From positions 1 to 64,000 of the forward strand of contig CAWGJO010000027.1 in assembly GCA_963822945.1 (NCBI GenBank): a stretch of DNA of 64,000 bases. Direction: 5' to 3'. The notes below the pieces were generated by a model. The model saw only the letters and a program-made list of their open reading frames with translations. It did no database searches and was not told the DNA's origin. A program made the translations under genes and the position numbers. The stretch is from an uncultured Gemmatimonadaceae bacterium (GTDB lineage Bacteria > Gemmatimonadota > Gemmatimonadetes > Gemmatimonadales > Gemmatimonadaceae). How positions within the stretch are numbered: position 1 is the stretch's first letter; every line of letters begins with the position of its first letter. Shown one piece after another: positions 59,027-64,000 of this stretch.

Positions 59027-61294
59027 ATGACACCGGCGTCGATCCGGATGCTGCTGGTCGAGGACTCCGAGGCCGACGCGGAGCTGCTGGTGCAGCTGCT
59101 GAGCCAGAGCGGCTACGCCGTGCACTCCCGGCGGGTCGATAGTGAGGCCACGCTGCACGAGGCCCTCGACGAATCCGCCTGGGATCTGGTGATCGCCGAC
59201 TTCTCCATGCCGTCGTTCAACGGCCACCGCGCGCTCGAGCTCGTGCGCAGCCGCGGATTCGAGATGCCGTTCATCTTCGTCTCCGGGACGATCGGCGAGG
59301 AGGCCGCCGTGAACGCCATGCGGGCCGGCGCCCAGGACTACGTCCCCAAGCACGATCTCCGGCGCCTGGTCCCCGCCATTGAGCGGGAACTGCGCGAGGC
59401 GGTTGCGCGGCAGGAACGCCGGCGCGCGAGGGCGGCACTCCGGCGCAGCGAGGACCGGATGCGCCGCCTGCTCGATTCCAACGTCATCGGCGTGTTGTTC
59501 TGGGGCCGGCACGGAGAGGTATTCGACGCCAACGATGCATTCCTGACCATGCTCGGCTTCATCCGCGACGATCTGGAAGCGGGGCGCATCGACTGGCGCC
59601 GCCTCACCCCGCCGGAGTTCACCGACCTCACCGAAACCCGCATCACCGAGATCCTGACCACCGGTTCCTGCCGGCCGTTCGAGAAGGAATTCTTCCACGC
59701 CGACGGACACCGGGTGCCCGTGTTGATCGGCGGCGCGCGACTGGACGACGACACCAGCGATGCCGTCTCCGTGATCCACGATCTGTCGGAGATCCGCCGG
59801 GTCACACGGGCGCTGCGCGAGGAATCCGAGATGCGGCGCAGCATCCTCGACGCCACGCCGCTGCCGGTGATCGTGCTCGACCCCGACGGCCTCGTGCGGG
59901 TCTGGAATCCCGCCGCCGAGCGTGTGTTCGGGTGGAAGGCCGAAGAAGTGCTCGGTCGGCCGAACCCGGCACTGCCTCCCGGTGGCGTACCCGAAGCCCG
60001 CGCCCGCGTCGACCAGGCGCTCACCAGCGAATCGTGGATCGGACTCGATGCGCGGCGGCTGGCCCGCGACGGGTCGTGGGTGGACGTGCGTGAGTTCACC
60101 GCGCCCACCCGTGACGCGAGCGGGGCCATCGTGGGAGTGGTCAAGGTGCTCGAGGACGTGCGGGAATCGCTGCGACTCGAGGCGCAGTTGCGGCACGCCC
60201 AGCGCATGGAAGCCGTGGGGTTGCTCGCCGGTGGAATTGCACACGACTTCAACAACCTGCTGACCGTGATCCTGGGCGAAGTGGAGTTCGTCGAGATGGC
60301 CGAGCGACTCGACGAATCCGCGGAGAGCCTGGCCGCCATCCGCAACGCCGCGCAGCGGGCATCGCTCCTCACGCGCCAGCTGCTCGCATTCTCGCGGCGT
60401 CAACTGATCGACCCCAAGCCGGTGGACGTGAATCGCATCATCGACGGCCTGCATCAGATGATCGTCCGGTTGATCGGTGAAGATATCGAGGTGCAACTCG
60501 CGTTGGATGCACAGGTGCCCCCGGTCGTGGCCGATGCCGGCCAGGTGGAGCAGGTCGTGATGAACCTCGTGATCAACGCCCGCGACGCGATGCCGGATGG
60601 CGGGACGCTCGTGATCGAGACCGCCGCGGCGCGGAGCGAGGAGCCGACGCCGGGGGACTACGTGGTGCTCACGGTCCGTGACACGGGCGTCGGCATGAGC
60701 CCGGAGATCCAGACGCACATCTTCGATGCGTTCTTCACCACCAAGAGCGCCGGCAGGGGTACCGGCCTCGGACTCGCCACCTGCCGCGACATCGTGGCGC
60801 GCGCTGGGGGACGCATGGAAGTCGAGAGCGTCATCGGACGGGGCACGGCGATGCGTGTCTATCTGCCGCGCTCTGCGGAGGCCGCTTCGGCCGTGCCCGA
60901 CCGCAACGCCAGCATCCCGCGCGGACACGAGACCATCCTGCTGGCCGAGGATGATGACGGCGTGCGCACCGTGACCATGCGCATGCTGGCGCCGCTCGGC
61001 TATACGGTGATCGCGACGGAGAATGGCGATCAGGCGTTGGCGATGCTCGAGCGGCACGGGCGAACGATCGGTCTGCTGCTCACCGATCTCGTCCTGCCCG
61101 GCATGAGCGGCCGCGTGCTGGCCGAGCGGGCCCGCCAACTGTTGCCCGGTCTGCGGGTGCTGTTTTCGTCCGGATACACGGACGACGTGATCGTGCAGCG
61201 GCAGCTGCTGGAGCACGGCGCCTCGTTTCTGCAGAAGCCGTTCACGCCGCGCGCGCTCGGCGAGAAGGTACGGGAAGTGTTGGATGGCCCATAG
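59027..61294 (+). CDS. Cytoplasmic hybrid histidine kinase (REC-PAS-PAS-HisKA-HATPase-REC)
   Basis: LLVEDS, IADFSMP, two PAS domains, GGIAHDFNNLL, FFTTK..GRGTGLGL, LLAEDD...TDLVLP...KPF. Confidence 0.92.
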   Translation: MTPASIRMLLVEDSEADAELLVQLLSQSGYAVHSRRVDSEATLHEALDESAWDLVIADFSMPSFNGHRALELVRSRGFEMPFIFVSGTIGEEAAVNAMRAGAQDYVPKHDLRRLVPAIERELREAVARQERRRARAALRRSEDRMRRLLDSNVIGVLFWGRHGEVFDANDAFLTMLGFIRDDLEAGRIDWRRLTPPEFTDLTETRITEILTTGSCRPFEKEFFHADGHRVPVLIGGARLDDDTSDAVSVIHDLSEIRRVTRALREESEMRRSILDATPLPVIVLDPDGLVRVWNPAAERVFGWKAEEVLGRPNPALPPGGVPEARARVDQALTSESWIGLDARRLARDGSWVDVREFTAPTRDASGAIVGVVKVLEDVRESLRLEAQLRHAQRMEAVGLLAGGIAHDFNNLLTVILGEVEFVEMAERLDESAESLAAIRNAAQRASLLTRQLLAFSRRQLIDPKPVDVNRIIDGLHQMIVRLIGEDIEVQLALDAQVPPVVADAGQVEQVVMNLVINARDAMPDGGTLVIETAAARSEEPTPGDYVVLTVRDTGVGMSPEIQTHIFDAFFTTKSAGRGTGLGLATCRDIVARAGGRMEVESVIGRGTAMRVYLPRSAEAASAVPDRNASIPRGHETILLAEDDDGVRTVTMRMLAPLGYTVIATENGDQALAMLERHGRTIGLLLTDLVLPGMSGRVLAERARQLLPGLRVLFSSGYTDDVIVQRQLLEHGASFLQKPFTPRALGEKVREVLDGP

Positions 61295-61387
61295 GCACCC
61301 TACCGGCTGCCGGTGCATGTGACGAACTTTCGCCATTCCCGGCGTGCCCCCACGCGCATCACGCACTCAATCGAGGACCGTGCCGAC

Positions 61388-63314
61388 ATGACCCATCATG
61401 AATCGCGGCGCCGGTGGCAGCCCGGCGTTCGCCTGTCCCTGTTGACGCTGACGCTCGCCGCGCTGGGCCTGGCCCCGGCATCGGCGGCCGCCCAGTCGTC
61501 GCTGTACATGCCCCGCGCCATCACCCAGACCTACCGGAACGGCACGCGGTCCATGGACGGCCTGCCCGGCGCCAAGTACTGGCAGAATCGCGGCCGGTAC
61601 GCGATCACGATCTCCACCGATGCCCCCGGATCGCCGGGTGTCGGGCACCGAGCAGATCGTTTACGTGAACAACAGCCCCGACACACTCCGGGTGCTCGTG
61701 ATCAAGCTGTTCCCCAACTATCACAGGCCCGGCGCTCCTCGCGACGGCGGCGCGTCTGGAGACTTCCTCACCTCCGGCGTCCACATCCGCTCGTTCGCGG
61801 TGAACGGCACGGCGACGACAGTGGGACGACGATCCCGCGCTACTTCACCTGGCAGCCGGTGAGGCTGCCCACCGCGCTGGCCCCGCACGACTCCGTGCGC
61901 CTGGCCTTCGCTGGTACTACGACCTCTCCAAGCGGCCGGGCCGCGAAGGTGTCATCGATTCCACCAGGTTCTACATCGCGTACTTCTATCCCCGCGTCGC
62001 CGTCTACGACGACTACAACGGGTGGGATACGATGGACCACCGGGCCACGAGTTCTACAGCGACTTCAACGACTACGACGTCTCGGTCAACGTGCCGAAGA
62101 ACTTCGTGGTCTGGGGTACCGGCACGCTCACCAACGCCGAGCAGCTGCTGCAGCCCGGCCCGCTGGCCCGCTTCAACGGCGTCGTTCAGCATCGATTCGA
62201 CAGTGCACGTGGCCACCGGTACCCAGATCCACGACGGAAAGATCACCGCGCAGGCGGCGATGAACAGCTGGCACTTCACGGCGAACGACATCCCCGACAT
62301 GGCGTTCGGACTGAGCGACCACTACGACTGGGATGCAGCGAGCGTGGTGGTGGACGACGCCGCGCATCGGCGTGCCAGCATCCAGGCGGCGTATAAGGAT
62401 GCCGCCTAGGATTTCCACTAGATGGTGAAGTTCGGCCGGCACTCGCTGGATTACCTGTCGCACGACTGGCCGGGCGTGCCCTATCCCTACGAGAAGACCA
62501 CCGAGTTCCAGGGGGGGGCCGACATGGAATACCCGATGATGGTGAACGACAAGTCTACCCCGACCCGGCGTTCTCGAATTCGTCGCCGCGCACGAGATCG
62601 CGCACACCTACATGCCGTTCTACATGGGCATCAACGAAACCCGGTACGGGTTCATGGATGAGGGATGGGCCACGACCTTCGAATACCTGATCAACCAGCG
62701 GGACATGGGGCCGGCACAGGCAGCGACGCTCTTCAAGCAGTTCCGCGTCAATGGCTGGACCCGCGATCCCTCGCCGCTGGAGGATCTGCCGATCGTCACG
62801 CCAGGAGACATCCTCAAGGGTGCGGCGCTACGGCAACAACGCCTACGGCAAGCCCGCCCTCGGCTACCTCGCGATGAAGGACCTGCTCGGCGACGACATG
62901 TTCCGGGAGTGCCTCCACGCCTTCATGGACCGGTGGCATGGGAAGCATCCCATCCCGTGGGACTTCTTCTACACTTTCAACGATGTCTCAGGGCGGAACC
63001 TCGACTGGTTCTGGAGCAACTGGTTCTTCAGCAACAACTACATCGATCTCGCCGTCAAGGGCGTCAAGAAGTCGGGCAGCGGCTACGCAGTGACGGTCGA
63101 GAACATCGGTGGCATGGTGGCGCCCTTCGACGTGGTGCTCCACTTCACCGACGGGAGCACGCAGCGGACACACGAGACGCCGGCCGTGTGGGAGCGCAAT
63201 CAGAAGCGGACCACGGTGTCCGTCCACTCCGGCAAGAAGCTGCAGTCGGTGGTGCTGGACGGCGGCATCTGGGTGGATGCCAATGCGGCGAACAACACCT
63301 GGACCGTGAAGTAG
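61388..63314 (+). pseudogene. M1 family metallopeptidase broken by many frameshifts and two in-frame TAG (pseudogene or poor consensus)
   Basis: Fragments across three frames: PGAKYWQN, YVNNSPDTL, AYFYPRVAVYDD, EFYSDF, MEYPMM, HEIAHTY, MDEGWA, AYGKP; TAG at 62407 and 62419. Confidence 0.85.
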
Positions 63315-63406
63315 CGAACGCATGCCGGCATCGAGGCACGGCGAGACGGCGCTCAGGCCGTCCGCCGCGCTTCGGTGCGCGATGGTGCAACGGCCGGGTG
63401 TGCAGG

Positions 63407-63739
63407 CTACGACGAGGAACTTCCGGCACGCCGAACTTCGCGCACGACGCCGTACCCCAGACCCACCAGGAATCCGGCCGGCCCGGTAATGAAGATGCCG
63501 AGCAGCGGACCCTGGTTGGCCTCGGGCGCCAGGAGCATCGGACCGAGGAACCCGGCGGCGAACGCAATGCCGCCCACCACGACCGCCGGACCCAGCGCCC
63601 GTCGCACGACCCCACGCCAACGCTCGCCGAAGGCGCCGTAGTTGAGCAGAACGGCCAGGGTCAGCAAGGCGAGGAATGCGATTCCCATGACACCCTCCGG
63701 ATTGGCGGCCGGCTGCATGAGGAAGCCGACCGCCATCAT
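63407..63739 (-). CDS. Hypothetical membrane protein
   Basis: Three hydrophobic segments, GFLGP...ANQGPLLGIFITGPAG. Confidence 0.6.
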   Translation of the reverse strand: MMAVGFLMQPAANPEGVMGIAFLALLTLAVLLNYGAFGERWRGVVRRALGPAVVVGGIAFAAGFLGPMLLAPEANQGPLLGIFITGPAGFLVGLGYGVVREVRRAGSSSS

Positions 63740-63759
63740 GCACCGGAGGGCGGATCACG

Positions 63760-64000
63760 TCAATGCGCCTGGTCGGGCATCGAGCGTGCGGACCTCGGGG
63801 CCGGCGCCGGTGCGCGCGGTATGCCCACCAACATGGGGGTGCGCGCCTTGTATTCGCTGTACGCCGAACCCAGGTAGTACGCGTGGTCGCGCTCCTCGAG
63901 CATGACCCCGATCAGGATGTACGCGGTGGTTGCGACGGCGAACGCGAATCGCGCCGCTCCCATCGTCGGCGCCGCCCAGAACGCAATGATGAATCCGAGC
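63760..64000 (-). CDS. ICMT-like membrane methyltransferase C-terminus (MddA-like); 5' end outside the window
   Basis: LGFIIAFWAAPTM...TTAYILIGVMLEERD...Y.EYKARTPML. Confidence 0.7.
   Translation of the reverse strand, partial: LGFIIAFWAAPTMGAARFAFAVATTAYILIGVMLEERDHAYYLGSAYSEYKARTPMLVGIPRAPAPAPRSARSMPDQAH

Noticed and set aside
62407..62421. Amber (TAG) reassignment or pyrrolysine
   Set aside because: TAG terminates many intact genes here (e.g. 20471, 21228, 28469, 61294) and the same gene is full of indels.

Overview
GC-rich bacterial chromosomal window. The gene style (ADOP-type duplicated ABC permeases, secreted hydrolases with GGRGG inserts, a stand-alone TonB plug protein) suggests Gemmatimonadota or a similar lineage; this is an inference. 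About 50 genes. Peptide/amide hydrolases: two tandem S9 peptidases, amidohydrolase, serine hydrolase, CPBP protease, a propeller-fused gamma-glutamyltransferase, DmpA and a broken M1 peptidase. Export: a MacAB-like operon with a sigma-54 promoter and an adjacent NtrC-type two-component pair, and a TetR-TolC-MFP-RND operon. Also two DNA glycosylases, GH127, an AT-hook/histone H1-like protein, a bactofilin and a hybrid kinase. No rRNA, tRNA, CRISPR array or transposase was recognised. Several genes carry single-base frameshifts, probably long-read assembly errors. The most unusual signal is non-coding: two homologous ~165-bp hairpin elements with mirror-spaced TCCGT/ACGGA units and a compensatorily changed inner stem (16387-16549, 26868-27033), plus a third palindromic element with a 106-bp duplication (29802-30078).
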